DNA of 64,000 bases from Patescibacteria group bacterium (GCA_028865725.1 JAGWJP010000003.1:65697-129696), one strand, 5' to 3'. Positions 37,513-49,970 are shown, numbered from the stretch's first letter. The notes: generated by a model not told the origin, from the letters alone. A program made the numbers and translations.

Positions 37513-37971
37513 ATGTTAAACTCCGGATTTCTAAAAAAAGAACGTTATAAAAAAGTGTATGAAGTAGCACCGATTTTTTGCGTGGATTTGGTTGTCGTAT
37601 GCGGTAACGAATTTTTGTTAGGGAAGCGTACGCATGATCCTGAGAAGGGGAAGTGGTTTCTGCCGGGCGGAAGGATTTATAAAATGGAATCATTTGATCA
37701 GGCTGTGAAGCGGAAAGTCAAGGAAGAGCTCAATATCCGCGTTCCAAAAAAAGATTTCGAATTTTTAATGCTCGGGTCTGTGATTTCAGAGCAAGCGCCA
37801 TTTGGCAACGGACCTTTTCATGCCGTGATCGGGGTCTACAAGGTTCATGTTCGTAATAAAAATAGAGTACAGGCAGACGCACAGCATTCGGAATTTGCAT
37901 GGTTTTCTTCCATTGATCAAAAATGGCACCCTTACGTAAAAGGGGCGCTTTATAAGGCGGGATTCAAATAG
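37513..37971 (+). CDS. NUDIX hydrolase, GDP-mannose mannosyl hydrolase-like (Gmm/NudD)
   Basis: Nudix box GGRIYKMESFDQAVKRKVKEELNI; sits immediately upstream of gmd-fcl. Confidence 0.7.
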   Translation: MLNSGFLKKERYKKVYEVAPIFCVDLVVVCGNEFLLGKRTHDPEKGKWFLPGGRIYKMESFDQAVKRKVKEELNIRVPKKDFEFLMLGSVISEQAPFGNGPFHAVIGVYKVHVRNKNRVQADAQHSEFAWFSSIDQKWHPYVKGALYKAGFK

Positions 37972-38040
37972 ATTTTTATTGTATACCATTGAGTCGGATG
38001 CCCTTGCATAATAAGATTTTGAAGGGTATAACACTAAGTA

Positions 38041-39991
<1,951 letters not shown>

Positions 39992-39995
39992 TAAT

Positions 39996-40031
39996 GAAAA
40001 ATCCCGGTGAAAACCGGGATTTTGTTTTTTT
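39996..40031. terminator. rho-independent terminator (bidirectional, fcl / mgtC)
   Basis: ATCCCGGT-GAAA-ACCGGGAT-TTTGTTTTTTT. Confidence 0.7.
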
Positions 40032-40038
40032 AGGATGC

Positions 40039-40509
40039 CTAGTCTTTTTGAGTCGCGTGAGGAGTAATTCCTATACCCCGCGTGATGTAGAGGAGGACGG
40101 TGATAGTGATTGCTGCGATGACACTAAATTCAATGAGGCCGACGCCCACGAGGGTACCGATGGCTGCGGTAATCCATATCACCGCTGCAGTGGTGAGTCC
40201 GTGTACATGTTGCTCTGTTTTAATGATGATCCCCGCTCCCAAAAAACCAACCCCTACTACAATATTTGCGATAATGGTTAAGAATCCGCTATTTCTCGCA
40301 AGTATTTCTGAAATGTTTTGAGGTGATGTACCGAGAAGATAGGGGAGCGAAAGACCAACAATGGTAAAAATTGAAGCTCCTCCTGCGACGAGCATGGAGG
40401 TGCGAATACCCGCCTCTTTTCCTACAAGTTCGCGCTCAATGCCGATAATTGCTCCGAGCAAAAGAGCAGCCATAAATCGTATAACCATTTCGTGGAGAGA
40501 AAGCGACAT
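40039..40509 (-). CDS. mgtC: MgtC/SapB-family membrane protein
   Basis: LLGAIIGIERELVGKEAGIRTSMLVAGGASIFT signature. Confidence 0.8.
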   Translation of the reverse strand: MSLSLHEMVIRFMAALLLGAIIGIERELVGKEAGIRTSMLVAGGASIFTIVGLSLPYLLGTSPQNISEILARNSGFLTIIANIVVGVGFLGAGIIIKTEQHVHGLTTAAVIWITAAIGTLVGVGLIEFSVIAAITITVLLYITRGIGITPHATQKD

Positions 40510-40645
40510 ATTGATTGAGATTATGTTCTTTTAACTATACTTCTTTTTCTGTGATTTTGTAAGAGTAGAATGACGCGAATGAAAATATTTGACATTTTAT
40601 AGAATTCATTATATTATTCCCTTCTAAGAAGGGAGGTTTTGTATT

Positions 40646-41695
40646 TTGAAAAAAAGGAGTCTTGTTGTGGTTTCGAAGGATAATGGTGATACGAAGACAC
40701 TTTTGCCCATTGTACAGGCGGCACGATGCTTTGGTTATCATGTCATGGTGTTTGCCGAAGGGGTGGGTGTTGCGCATTATGCAAAAGAAGGAGTAGCTAC
40801 TTTTTTCTCTGACGCGCCAAATCCAGATCCGCATTCTTCGTTTGATTTTGTGAGTCTTTTCTCCTGCGTGCGTCCTCATGCCGTTTTGGTTGGATTTCCT
40901 TTTCCTAATAATCTTTCTCATCAGGCAAGCGCCGCAGCGAACCTTAAAGGAATTACTCTCATAGGCGTTGAGGATAACTGGGGAGGCGTAAAAAGAAACT
41001 CTGAGTATCAGTATGCATGCGTACTCACGATTGATGAGTATGCCAAAGACCTTGCATCTCCCTTTGTTAATCCGGACAACATTGTCATTATCGGGAACCA
41101 CGCCATTCCGGGCGCAGAGTATCATCCGCATTCTTCTGTCTCAGAACAAATGAAGGCGTTGAGGATGAAATTCGACTCTATCTTTGTCTATGGCGGAGGT
41201 GGTGAGTATACTACCGATGAGTTGCGGCTTCTCGTTTCTTCTTTGGAAAGGACACCCGGCAACTGGTGCCTTATTCCGCGGTACCATCCGAACTACAAGA
41301 AAAAGACGGCAGAAGAAATAGGGGATTCGCGATCATTTGAAAAAGTGTGGGATGAACTGCTTCTTCCTATCCAAGATCGCGTGGTGCGCGTTGATGAGGG
41401 AAATAGCGATGACATGGCAATGCTGTGTGATGCGTATTTTTCGGGGTGGGGTTCTTCCATGAGCACCGCCATTTCTTGCGGAAAACCAACGATTGCGGTT
41501 TCAACCGAGGCAACGCAAAAGGCGCTTTATGAACACTGTCTCGATGTTGTTCCCGCGGTTTATATCGGAGGGGCACATCTCTTGCAAAAGACACAAGACA
41601 TTTCTCCGCTTCTTGTCGCGCCCCCAATATCGGTGCAAAAAAATCTTTTCCCACTGAACCCCGGTCGTGCAGTTGACGTGATCAATAGGTTGTAG
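40646..41695 (+). CDS. hypothetical protein, possibly GT-B-fold glycosyltransferase-like
   Basis: Two Rossmann-like halves; C-terminal ...SGWGSSMSTAISCGKPTIAV resembles the GT-B donor-binding half; low confidence. Confidence 0.5.
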   Translation: MKKRSLVVVSKDNGDTKTLLPIVQAARCFGYHVMVFAEGVGVAHYAKEGVATFFSDAPNPDPHSSFDFVSLFSCVRPHAVLVGFPFPNNLSHQASAAANLKGITLIGVEDNWGGVKRNSEYQYACVLTIDEYAKDLASPFVNPDNIVIIGNHAIPGAEYHPHSSVSEQMKALRMKFDSIFVYGGGGEYTTDELRLLVSSLERTPGNWCLIPRYHPNYKKKTAEEIGDSRSFEKVWDELLLPIQDRVVRVDEGNSDDMAMLCDAYFSGWGSSMSTAISCGKPTIAVSTEATQKALYEHCLDVVPAVYIGGAHLLQKTQDISPLLVAPPISVQKNLFPLNPGRAVDVINRL

Positions 41696-41804
41696 ATTGG
41701 TACCTCTCTGAAATCAGAGAGGTTTTTTAAAAAGATTTGCCAATTCATAAAATTTGTGTTGTATTGCTTTGACACGTTGTGACACCTTTTGATACGATTG
41801 AATC

Positions 41805-42050
41805 ATGACATCGATTCATCCAGAAAACGTTTATACGACGCAAGAAGCGCAAGATTATCTAAAGATAAGCATGAGTACCATGAAACGCCTCTTAAAGAAG
41901 GGGATTCTTCGTGCCAATAAGATCGGTGGACAGTACCGTATTTTAGGACGGGAATTATTGCGCCTCGTGTCTCCTGAGATAGAAGAGCATGCGGTGCGGG
42001 TTTACCAAAAAGTAAAGCGAAAAACTAAAGCAACTATCGAACACTGGTAG
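41805..42050 (+). CDS. helix-turn-helix DNA-binding protein (excisionase/MerR-like HTH_17 family)
   Basis: YTTQEAQDYLKISMSTMKRLLKKGIL...IGGQYRI. Confidence 0.65.
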   Translation: MTSIHPENVYTTQEAQDYLKISMSTMKRLLKKGILRANKIGGQYRILGRELLRLVSPEIEEHAVRVYQKVKRKTKATIEHW

Positions 42051-42139
42051 TTATTGTGTGGCAGATGGCTCACTGACCACTGGCTATGGGCTATAACATT
42101 CGGTCGCCTGTAGTCCATAAGCCGTAAGCAGTTTCATTT

Positions 42140-42952
42140 ATGGAAACGATCATCAAACCGGTAAAACCACTTCGTATTGATCTTCAAGAGCTCTGGCGCT
42201 ATCGCGAGCTTTTTTATTATCTCGCATGGCGCGATGTGAAGGTGCGCTATAAGCAAACCGCGATTGGTGTCGTGTGGGCGGTTATTCAGCCGTTTCTCAT
42301 GATGGTGGTGTTAAGCATTTTTTTTGGAAGGGTTCTTGCGGTACAGACCAACGGGATCCCTTATCCCATTTTTGCATTTACCGGTCTTCTTTTTTGGAAT
42401 TATTTTTCAAACGCGCTTACAGGTGCCAGCAACAGTCTTGTCGCAAATCAGGCCATTATCCAGAAAATTTATTTTCCCCGCGTTTTGCTTCCGATTGCAT
42501 CCACAATGGTGTACCTGCTTGATTTTGTCATTGCATCGTTCGTACTTGCGGGGCTCATGGTTTATTATCATTACGCCCCGTCCCTTACAGGGTTAATACT
42601 TATCGCGCCATGCCTCTTGATTACCTGTCTTACCTTTTCAGGACTTGGACTTTGGCTTGCGGCATTGAATGTAAAATATCGTGATGTGCGCTACGCACTG
42701 CCATTTTTTATTCAAGTGCTTCTTTTTGTGACACCCGTGATTTATCCGATTACGCTTCTCAATAAGCATCGCTGGATATGGTTGTTTAATCCTATGAGTG
42801 GCGTAGTAGACACTATGCGCGCAGGATTATTATCGGTTGGCACGATCAATTGGCAGCTTCTTGGTGTGTCGTTTGGAATTAGCATAGCGGTATTTCTTTT
42901 CGGACTTTTTTATTTCAACAAAACGGAGCATTATTTTGCGGACATTGTATAA
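42140..42952 (+). CDS. wzm: ABC-2 type polysaccharide exporter permease (Wzm/TagG/KpsM-like)
   Basis: LWRYRELFYYLAWRDVKVRYKQTAIGVVWAVIQP N-terminal signature, 6 TM segments. Confidence 0.88.
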   Translation: METIIKPVKPLRIDLQELWRYRELFYYLAWRDVKVRYKQTAIGVVWAVIQPFLMMVVLSIFFGRVLAVQTNGIPYPIFAFTGLLFWNYFSNALTGASNSLVANQAIIQKIYFPRVLLPIASTMVYLLDFVIASFVLAGLMVYYHYAPSLTGLILIAPCLLITCLTFSGLGLWLAALNVKYRDVRYALPFFIQVLLFVTPVIYPITLLNKHRWIWLFNPMSGVVDTMRAGLLSVGTINWQLLGVSFGISIAVFLFGLFYFNKTEHYFADIV

Positions 42953-42954
42953 CT

Positions 42955-44217
42955 ATGGATAATGTCATTGAAGTAAAAGGCATCAGTAAACAATATACGA
43001 TCAATCACGAGCGGCTGCCATATCATTCGCTTCGCGATGATCTTATCGGATTGCTGAAAAAACCAATTCGCTGGTTGCATGGGCATCAAGAAGTGCAAGA
43101 ACCATTTTGGGCGTTGAAAGGTATTACTTTTGAAGTAAAAAAAGGAGAGGTGCTTGGCATTATCGGTGCAAACGGCGCCGGGAAATCGACGCTTCTTAAA
43201 ATCCTTTCGCGCATTACGTATCCCACGACCGGAGAAATCGTGATGCAAGGAAGAGTGGGAAGTTTGCTTGAAGTGGGGACGGGATTCCATCCCGAACTCA
43301 CGGGGCGAGAGAACATTTATCTAAACGGCGTCATTCTTGGAATGACCAAAAAAGAGATTGATGCGAAGTTTGACGAGATTGTCACCTTTGCCGGCATTGA
43401 ACGGTTTCTTGATACTCCGGTGAAGCATTATTCAAGCGGCATGTATGTGCGTCTCGCGTTTTCCGTTGCCGCGCATCTGGAGCCAGACATTTTGATTGTC
43501 GATGAAGTGCTTGCCGTCGGCGACGCTGAATTTCAGAAAAAATCTCTCGGCAAGATGGAGGAAATTACAAAAAAAGGCGGAAGGACTATTTTGTTTGTAA
43601 GCCACAATATGGATGCGGTGCAGGCAATTTGCAAGAAATCAATCCTTTTAGAGCACGGGTCAATCAAGATGATGGGGGACACCAAAGACGTCATTCATAC
43701 CTATCTTTATGATAAGACAAGGCGTGAACCGATAAAAACATTTGAAGGGGCTGGTGACAAGAAGCAGGCATGTCTCAATCGTATTACCATTTTGAATGAT
43801 GAGAAAAATCCAAGCACCGATTTAAGCATCGCGAAGCCATTTTATATAGAAGTTGAATACACGCTCAAAAGCGCTTTTTCGGCATTTGTTGTTTTGAAAC
43901 TTTTTTCAACGTCGCTTCCGAACCAATATCTTTTCGTTTCTTGGAGCAATGACAATGGGTATGCGAATCCTTCGGAGCCCGGAACGTACCGCGCTCGCAT
44001 CAAGGTTGATCCAATTTTAAATACAGGAATGTATTCCTATCTTGTCGGCATCGCGACACATACAGAAGATTATATCGACTATACGGTTCAGAACGACATT
44101 ATTTCTATTCAGAACGTCGAAGGATTTCCTTTTCCAGTAGTTATGCACGGAAGGCAAGATTCCTTTTTTCTCTATTCCGGACATTGGAACATTACTCCTG
44201 TGACGCCAGATCTATGA
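42955..44217 (+). CDS. wzt: ABC polysaccharide exporter ATP-binding protein (Wzt/TagH-like) with C-terminal extension domain
   Basis: Walker A GANGAGKST, signature YSSGM, Walker B ILIVDE; about 170-aa C-terminal domain after the NBD. Confidence 0.88.
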   Translation: MDNVIEVKGISKQYTINHERLPYHSLRDDLIGLLKKPIRWLHGHQEVQEPFWALKGITFEVKKGEVLGIIGANGAGKSTLLKILSRITYPTTGEIVMQGRVGSLLEVGTGFHPELTGRENIYLNGVILGMTKKEIDAKFDEIVTFAGIERFLDTPVKHYSSGMYVRLAFSVAAHLEPDILIVDEVLAVGDAEFQKKSLGKMEEITKKGGRTILFVSHNMDAVQAICKKSILLEHGSIKMMGDTKDVIHTYLYDKTRREPIKTFEGAGDKKQACLNRITILNDEKNPSTDLSIAKPFYIEVEYTLKSAFSAFVVLKLFSTSLPNQYLFVSWSNDNGYANPSEPGTYRARIKVDPILNTGMYSYLVGIATHTEDYIDYTVQNDIISIQNVEGFPFPVVMHGRQDSFFLYSGHWNITPVTPDL

Positions 44218-44954
44218 GTACGTCGAACCCTATCGATATCATTATTCAGGCGCGGATGGGGTCCACGCGGTTGCCAGGAAAGGTTTTAAAACCATTTCAT
44301 GGCACTACCGTGTTGGAATATCTGGTGGAGCGGGCGCGCACATCGCGCCACGCGCGGCACGTGGTCGTTGCAACAACTGTTGATAAAAAGGATGATGTGA
44401 TTGAATCGTTGTGCAAGAAAAGCGCGTATAGATGCGTTCGAGGAAGTGAGAATGATGTCCTCCGCCGCTATTATGATGCGGCGCGTGCATTAGGAAGCGA
44501 TGTGATAGTGCGGCTTACTGCGGATGATCCGTTTACTGATATGCAAGAATGCGACGTGCTCATACAAACGCTTCTAACGCATTCATTTGCTTATGTGGGG
44601 AGCCATCGCGGCGGGATTCCTCTTGGCACAGGTGCCGAAGCGTTTACCTTTGAAGCGCTCAAGAAGGCGCATGAAGAAGCCGCGCATCCGTACGAAAGAG
44701 AACATGTCACTCCCTACTTCTACGAACATCCTGAACTGTTTGCGCAAACGGAAATTGAATATCCCAACTACGCGCCTCTCACGCATATGCGGCTTACGCT
44801 TGATACCCCCGAAGATTATGAGGTGCTTTCTCGGATTGCGGATGAGATTGGAAAAGAAGATCCCACGCTTCCCGAGATTGTTGCATTTCTAAAAGAAAGA
44901 CCCGACATTACTGCGCGGAATAGCCATGTTCAACAAAAACCTCTTCACGCTTGA
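44214..44954 (+). CDS. SpsF/NeuA-type cytidylyltransferase (CTP_transf_3 family; nonulosonic-acid or related sugar activation)
   Basis: IIQARMGSTRLPGKVL motif; ATGA overlap with the wzt stop. Confidence 0.75.
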   Translation: MSTSNPIDIIIQARMGSTRLPGKVLKPFHGTTVLEYLVERARTSRHARHVVVATTVDKKDDVIESLCKKSAYRCVRGSENDVLRRYYDAARALGSDVIVRLTADDPFTDMQECDVLIQTLLTHSFAYVGSHRGGIPLGTGAEAFTFEALKKAHEEAAHPYEREHVTPYFYEHPELFAQTEIEYPNYAPLTHMRLTLDTPEDYEVLSRIADEIGKEDPTLPEIVAFLKERPDITARNSHVQQKPLHA

Positions 44955-44959
44955 CGCTT

Positions 44960-46105
44960 ATGAAACCGACACGAGAACAATTTTTGCCTTTTGGACTTCC
45001 TCTTTTAGGAGAGGAGGAAATTAATGAAGTTGTTGCGACCCTCGCATCGGGATGGCTTTCTACGGGACCTAAAACACTGCAGTTCGAAAAAGAGTTTGCT
45101 GCTTACGTAGGCGTAAAAGAGGCGGTGGGGCTGACCTCGTGCACCGCCGCGCTCCATCTTGCGCTCTTGGCGCACGGGATCGGAGCAGGGGATGAAGTTC
45201 TCCTTCCCTCTTTTACGTTCGCCGCAACAGCAAATATGGTGGTGAATGTCGGCGCAAAACCTATTTTTGTCGATATTGCCGAAGAAGATTTTTGCATAGA
45301 TCCTGACCTCCTTGAGCGTTCCATCACCGCGAACACAAAAGCGATTATCGTGGTTCATTACGCGGGGCTTCCGGCACGCATGGAAGCGATAAACGCTCTT
45401 GCAAAAAAACATCATCTTGTTGTTATCGAGGATGCGGCGCACGCGGCGGGGAGCGAATACAAAGGAAAAAAGATAGGGGGATTGGGAAATACCGCGAGCT
45501 TTAGTTTCTATGCGACAAAAAATATGTCGACCGGAGAAGGCGGCATGCTTACGACCGATGATCCGGATGTAGCCGATTTTGTGAGAAAAAACAGGCTGCA
45601 TGGTATTTCCAAAGACGCGTGGAAGCGGTATGAAAAAGAAGGGTCGTGGCGGTATGACGTGGAATACGCCGGATGGAAATACAACATGTTTGATCTTCAA
45701 GCGGCGATTGGCGTTCACCAGCTTCGGAAGCTTGATGCATTTCTCGAAAAAAGAAACGACTACGCGATCCAATATGACAACGCGTTTGAAGGCGTGAAAG
45801 GCTTGATCCTCCCGCCGAAGAAGATGGATGCATTTCACTCCTATCACCTCTATCCCATTCGTGTTCAATCAATGCCGCGCGATCATTTTATAGAAAAAAT
45901 GGCGGAGCGCAACATCGGTACAAGCGTTCATTTTATTCCGCTTCATCTCCAGTCGTTTTATCAAAAAACATTCGGGTATCGCGAAGGCGATCTTCCCGCA
46001 ACGGAACGGATTTTTAACGAAATTGTTTCCATTCCGCTCTATCCAAAAATGACGGAAGAAGACGTAGCCTATATCATTGAATCAGTACATCAAATTTTAA
46101 AATAA
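44960..46105 (+). CDS. DegT/DnrJ/EryC1/StrS-family PLP-dependent sugar aminotransferase
   Basis: GEEEINEVVATLASGWLSTGPKTLQFEKEFAAYVG...; ATG start chosen over the TTG called by the ORF track. Confidence 0.88.
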   Translation: MKPTREQFLPFGLPLLGEEEINEVVATLASGWLSTGPKTLQFEKEFAAYVGVKEAVGLTSCTAALHLALLAHGIGAGDEVLLPSFTFAATANMVVNVGAKPIFVDIAEEDFCIDPDLLERSITANTKAIIVVHYAGLPARMEAINALAKKHHLVVIEDAAHAAGSEYKGKKIGGLGNTASFSFYATKNMSTGEGGMLTTDDPDVADFVRKNRLHGISKDAWKRYEKEGSWRYDVEYAGWKYNMFDLQAAIGVHQLRKLDAFLEKRNDYAIQYDNAFEGVKGLILPPKKMDAFHSYHLYPIRVQSMPRDHFIEKMAERNIGTSVHFIPLHLQSFYQKTFGYREGDLPATERIFNEIVSIPLYPKMTEEDVAYIIESVHQILK

Positions 46106-46106
46106 T

Positions 46107-47219
46107 ATGCAGCAGCCAACTCTAAAAATAGGAAAGACGCTCGTGGGGAGAGATCATCCGTGCTTTATCGTCGCGGAAATCGGCATTAACTATGACGGAG
46201 ATTATAACCAAGCGTTGCGACTCATTGATGTCGCTACTGATGCGGGATGCAACGCGGTTAAGTTTCAGTTATTTACCGCAGAGCGTATGTACGCAAAAAA
46301 GGCCGGATTGTACCAGATTGCTACAGGAGAAAAGCGGGATATTATTGATATTATCAAACATTCAGAGTTACCACACGAATGGATTACAAACTTGAAGAAA
46401 TATGCAAATAAGAAAGGTGTTGAGTTTTTTGTTACTGCATGCGATGAAGAGAGCGCTGATGTCCTTGCACGAGCAGGAGTCGCCGCGTATAAAATTGCTT
46501 CCTATGAAATTACGCACCTACCTCTTTTTCGGCATATCGCGAAAAAGAAGAAACCTGTTATTTTTTCGTGCGGAGGGGCTATGCTTTCTGAGGTCGCTGA
46601 CGCGATGCAGGTATTCGAAGAAGAGCGCAATCGTGCTATTGCATTAATGCATTGTATTGGTGAATATCCTGCTTCGCCTTCGCAGCTTAATCTTCGAGTG
46701 TTAACAACATTACAATATGCTTTTCCTCATGCCGTAATAGGATATTCAGATCATAGTTCCAATCCAGTAGAGGCTCCTCGCGCAGCGATTGCGTTAGGGG
46801 CAAAGATTATTGAAAAACATATTACATTGGATAGAAATCTTCCTGGCCCTGATCATTCTTTTGCCGTAAATCCTTCTGAACTGAAACAGCTTGTAAAAGT
46901 GGTACGGAGCACGGAAAAACAGATGCGCAGAGGAGCTCGTATTATTGTGGACCCCTTGTTACTCGGTTCTTCTGAGCGTATAACCTACAAGGGAGAAAAG
47001 AAGGTACGTGAATTTACCTATAGGACTGTTTTTGCAAAGAAAGCGATAAAACGCGGAGAAGTATTTTCTTCTGAAAATATTGCCGTGTTAAGACCGGGCG
47101 AACATCCACGTGGACTCGAACCAAAATATTATGAACTTCTTATTAAAGGATATAAAGCGTCTCGTCCTATTCAAGAAAATAAAAGTATAGTGTGGAATGA
47201 TGTCTTATTTTCTTCATGA
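46107..47219 (+). CDS. NeuB-family nonulosonic acid synthase (N-acetylneuraminate/pseudaminate/legionaminate synthase-like)
   Basis: CFIVAEIGINYDGDYNQALRLIDVATDAGCNAVKFQLF; C-terminal SAF domain. Confidence 0.88.
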   Translation: MQQPTLKIGKTLVGRDHPCFIVAEIGINYDGDYNQALRLIDVATDAGCNAVKFQLFTAERMYAKKAGLYQIATGEKRDIIDIIKHSELPHEWITNLKKYANKKGVEFFVTACDEESADVLARAGVAAYKIASYEITHLPLFRHIAKKKKPVIFSCGGAMLSEVADAMQVFEEERNRAIALMHCIGEYPASPSQLNLRVLTTLQYAFPHAVIGYSDHSSNPVEAPRAAIALGAKIIEKHITLDRNLPGPDHSFAVNPSELKQLVKVVRSTEKQMRRGARIIVDPLLLGSSERITYKGEKKVREFTYRTVFAKKAIKRGEVFSSENIAVLRPGEHPRGLEPKYYELLIKGYKASRPIQENKSIVWNDVLFSS

Positions 47220-47902
47220 AACAGATTCTTATCTCCATTCTTATCAGGACCTATAATGCAGCTCAATTTGTAGACGCTGCCTTGGGAAGCGCACTTTTTC
47301 AGACGTTTAATAAGGGCCGCTATGAGATTCTTGTGGCAGATGATGGTTCGACTGATGATACTCTTGTACGTCTTGAAAGATATGGAAATCGCATTCGCGT
47401 TCTTCGCAATAAACATATTGGACCCATCCCTTTAATTAATATGGGTTTGCGGCATGCTCGAGGGGATCATGTCCTTTTACTTGATTCAGATGACGTATTA
47501 AAGTCTAGGGCTCTTGAGACCCTGTATGCCGCATATCTTCAGAGTCCTCACGCTGCATTTGTTTATTCCGATTACACAGAGCGCGATATGAAAGGAAGGA
47601 CGATTGATATTTCAGTAGGGGACAATATATTCAATACGCTTGCGTGCGGAATACTCTTTAAAAAAGATGTCCTCTTCTCTATTGGTTATTACGATGAAAC
47701 GCTTATATTTCCAGAATATGATGTTCTCATTAAAATGGATCGCATAGGTTATCGAGGTGCATACGTTTCCACTTCGCTTTATGAATACAGAAGGAGAGGC
47801 GCAAGTATTACAGGAAACCGTGAAACAGTAGAACGAGGACGTGAACAGCTTCGGAAACGGTATGGGACTGAATTTCCTATCCGTTCCTATTTACTTTCAT
47901 GA
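47216..47902 (+). CDS. glycosyltransferase family 2
   Basis: ISILIRTYNAAQFVDAAL...EILVADDGSTDDT; DxD (LDSDD). Confidence 0.8.
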   Translation: MKQILISILIRTYNAAQFVDAALGSALFQTFNKGRYEILVADDGSTDDTLVRLERYGNRIRVLRNKHIGPIPLINMGLRHARGDHVLLLDSDDVLKSRALETLYAAYLQSPHAAFVYSDYTERDMKGRTIDISVGDNIFNTLACGILFKKDVLFSIGYYDETLIFPEYDVLIKMDRIGYRGAYVSTSLYEYRRRGASITGNRETVERGREQLRKRYGTEFPIRSYLLS

Positions 47903-48537
47903 AGATTACTATTTTAGTAGATAATCCAACAAGTTGGTTTATTCCCTACGCAAAAATACTCGTTTCATTACTGCGGACGCAAGGTCATCGTGTGTCATTT
48001 GTACAGGCTCAAAAGAATATAAGGAAGGGGGATTGCTTATTTTTATTGAGTTGTGGGTCAATTGTTTCGCATGATATCCTTGAACGCAATACTCATAATA
48101 TTGTGATTCATGCGAGCAAATTACCACAAGGAAGAGGGTTTGCGCCACTTGCATGGCAGATTTTAGAAGGAAAAAATAAAATTTGGATTTCGCTATTCGA
48201 GGCCGTAGAAAAATTAGATAGCGGAGACGTTTACTTTCAAGATTTTATTTCTTTCGAGGGGCATGAATTGTATGATGAAATGCGAAAGCTAGAGGGAGAA
48301 AAGGTTGTTGCTATGGCTCTTAGATTTGTGAACGAATATCCCTCGAAGGGAAGACCGCAACATGGAAAAAGTACGTGGTATTCAAAAAGAAGGCCTTGTG
48401 ACAGCGAGTTAAACATAAAAAAAACATTACGATCCCAATTTAATATTTTGCGGATAGTAGATAATGAACGTTATCCCGCCTTCTTTACGTATAAGGGTCA
48501 TACGTATATTCTGAAAATTTCTAAAAAAAATAATTAA
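47899..48537 (+). CDS. formyltransferase-family protein (Fmt/PurN-like N-terminal domain)
   Basis: IVIHASKLPQGRGFAPLAWQILEG (HxSLLPxxRG motif). Confidence 0.75.
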   Translation: MKITILVDNPTSWFIPYAKILVSLLRTQGHRVSFVQAQKNIRKGDCLFLLSCGSIVSHDILERNTHNIVIHASKLPQGRGFAPLAWQILEGKNKIWISLFEAVEKLDSGDVYFQDFISFEGHELYDEMRKLEGEKVVAMALRFVNEYPSKGRPQHGKSTWYSKRRPCDSELNIKKTLRSQFNILRIVDNERYPAFFTYKGHTYILKISKKNN

Positions 48538-48542
48538 AATTC

Positions 48543-49970
48543 ATGCCGCATAAGAAACAGCATATTAATATACGGAATTTACTTATAACGGGTGGTACTT
48601 CTATCAAAGCTGCCATGCGGACTATTGACCGTTTTGGAGGTTATGGCATTGTGTTTGTAGTGAGTACGCAAAAAAAACTCATTGGTGTTGTTTCCGATGG
48701 TGATATACGCAGAGCCCTTTCTAAGGGTTTCGAGTTAAAAACTTCCGTTCAAGAGATCATGACAAGGGATTTTACTTATGTCATAGATACGTGGTCAAAG
48801 GAAAAGATAGGCACGGTGCTCAAAAGTAAAACCGCACTTGCCAAAGGACCTTTTGTGAAGGTACCGGTTATTGATGCGAACCATAGGCCTGTTGATATGC
48901 TATTTGTGTTGAATGGCTCTATTCTCTCTTTTAACGCTGCTCTTAATTCTCATACTGTGGCCATGCGGCAGATTAAAAAGATTCTTGTCGTAGGTGGAGC
49001 GGGATATATCGGTTCTGTCCTTACTCGGTTGCTTCTTAGTGCGGGTTATTCTGTTGTTGTCCTCGATTCTTTTTTGTACGGGCATGATTCGTTGCGTGAT
49101 GTTATGAAACACAAAAAATTAAAAGTGATTCGGGGAGATACCAGGCACACGGAAGATATTGTGGCTGCGCTCCAGGGTGTCCATGCTGTCGCGCACCTTG
49201 CAGAATTAGTGGGTGATCCTGCATGTGCGGTTGATCCAAAAACAACTCAACAAATTAATTATTTCGCCACCCGACAACTTGCATCGATTTGTAAATTTTT
49301 CCAAATCAATAGATTTATTTACTTCTCTTCATGTAGTGTATATGGCGCGTCATCTAAGCATTCATCATGTAATGAGGAGTCAACGCTGAACCCTGTTTCT
49401 TTGTATGCAAAGGTAAAGGTGGCATCGGAACATGCATTACTTGAAATGGAGGATTCAAATTTTTCGCCTACCATTTTTCGCCTTGCAACAGTGTTTGGAG
49501 CTTCGTTTAGACCGCGTTTTGATCTTGTGGTAAATATATTGAGCGCGAAAGCGGTAGTTGAACACACCATTCCTATTTTGGGCGGTTCGCAGTGGAGACC
49601 CCATGTACATGTTGAGGATGTGGGGCGTGCGGTTCTCCTTGCATTAGAAGCGCCACTTTCAAAAGTGGGTGGGCAGATTTTTAATGTGGGAAGCAACGCA
49701 CTTAATTACACCATCAAAGATATTGGTGCAATAGTGCGCGCTACTATTCCTGAGGCTGTTATAGATATGAAAAAAGGGGATGGTGATATGCGGAATTATC
49801 GTGCCGATTTTTCCAAAATTGCTTCTGTGCTTACGTTTCGTCCAGAGAAAACTATTCAGGACGGTGTTCGTGAGATTCAATCTCTTATAACCTCAGGAAA
49901 GGTGAAGGACTATACGCAGTCTCAATATTCAAATATTAAATTTCTTGAGAAAAAACTTAAAACATTATGA
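48543..49970 (+). CDS. CBS-domain pair fused to NAD-dependent sugar epimerase/dehydratase (SDR)
   Basis: N-terminal CBS pair; KILVVGGAGYIGSVLTRLL, YxxxK (YAKVKVASE). Confidence 0.8.
   Translation: MPHKKQHINIRNLLITGGTSIKAAMRTIDRFGGYGIVFVVSTQKKLIGVVSDGDIRRALSKGFELKTSVQEIMTRDFTYVIDTWSKEKIGTVLKSKTALAKGPFVKVPVIDANHRPVDMLFVLNGSILSFNAALNSHTVAMRQIKKILVVGGAGYIGSVLTRLLLSAGYSVVVLDSFLYGHDSLRDVMKHKKLKVIRGDTRHTEDIVAALQGVHAVAHLAELVGDPACAVDPKTTQQINYFATRQLASICKFFQINRFIYFSSCSVYGASSKHSSCNEESTLNPVSLYAKVKVASEHALLEMEDSNFSPTIFRLATVFGASFRPRFDLVVNILSAKAVVEHTIPILGGSQWRPHVHVEDVGRAVLLALEAPLSKVGGQIFNVGSNALNYTIKDIGAIVRATIPEAVIDMKKGDGDMRNYRADFSKIASVLTFRPEKTIQDGVREIQSLITSGKVKDYTQSQYSNIKFLEKKLKTL

Noticed and set aside
42050-42140. 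Possible tRNA or att site after the excisionase-family HTH gene
   Set aside because: No cloverleaf could be folded and no integrase is nearby; treated as an ordinary spacer.
44951-44959. TTG start for the DegT aminotransferase as given in the ORF track
   Set aside because: An in-frame ATG 9 nt downstream gives a conventional start and the typical MKP... N-terminus; the TTG would overlap the preceding stop.
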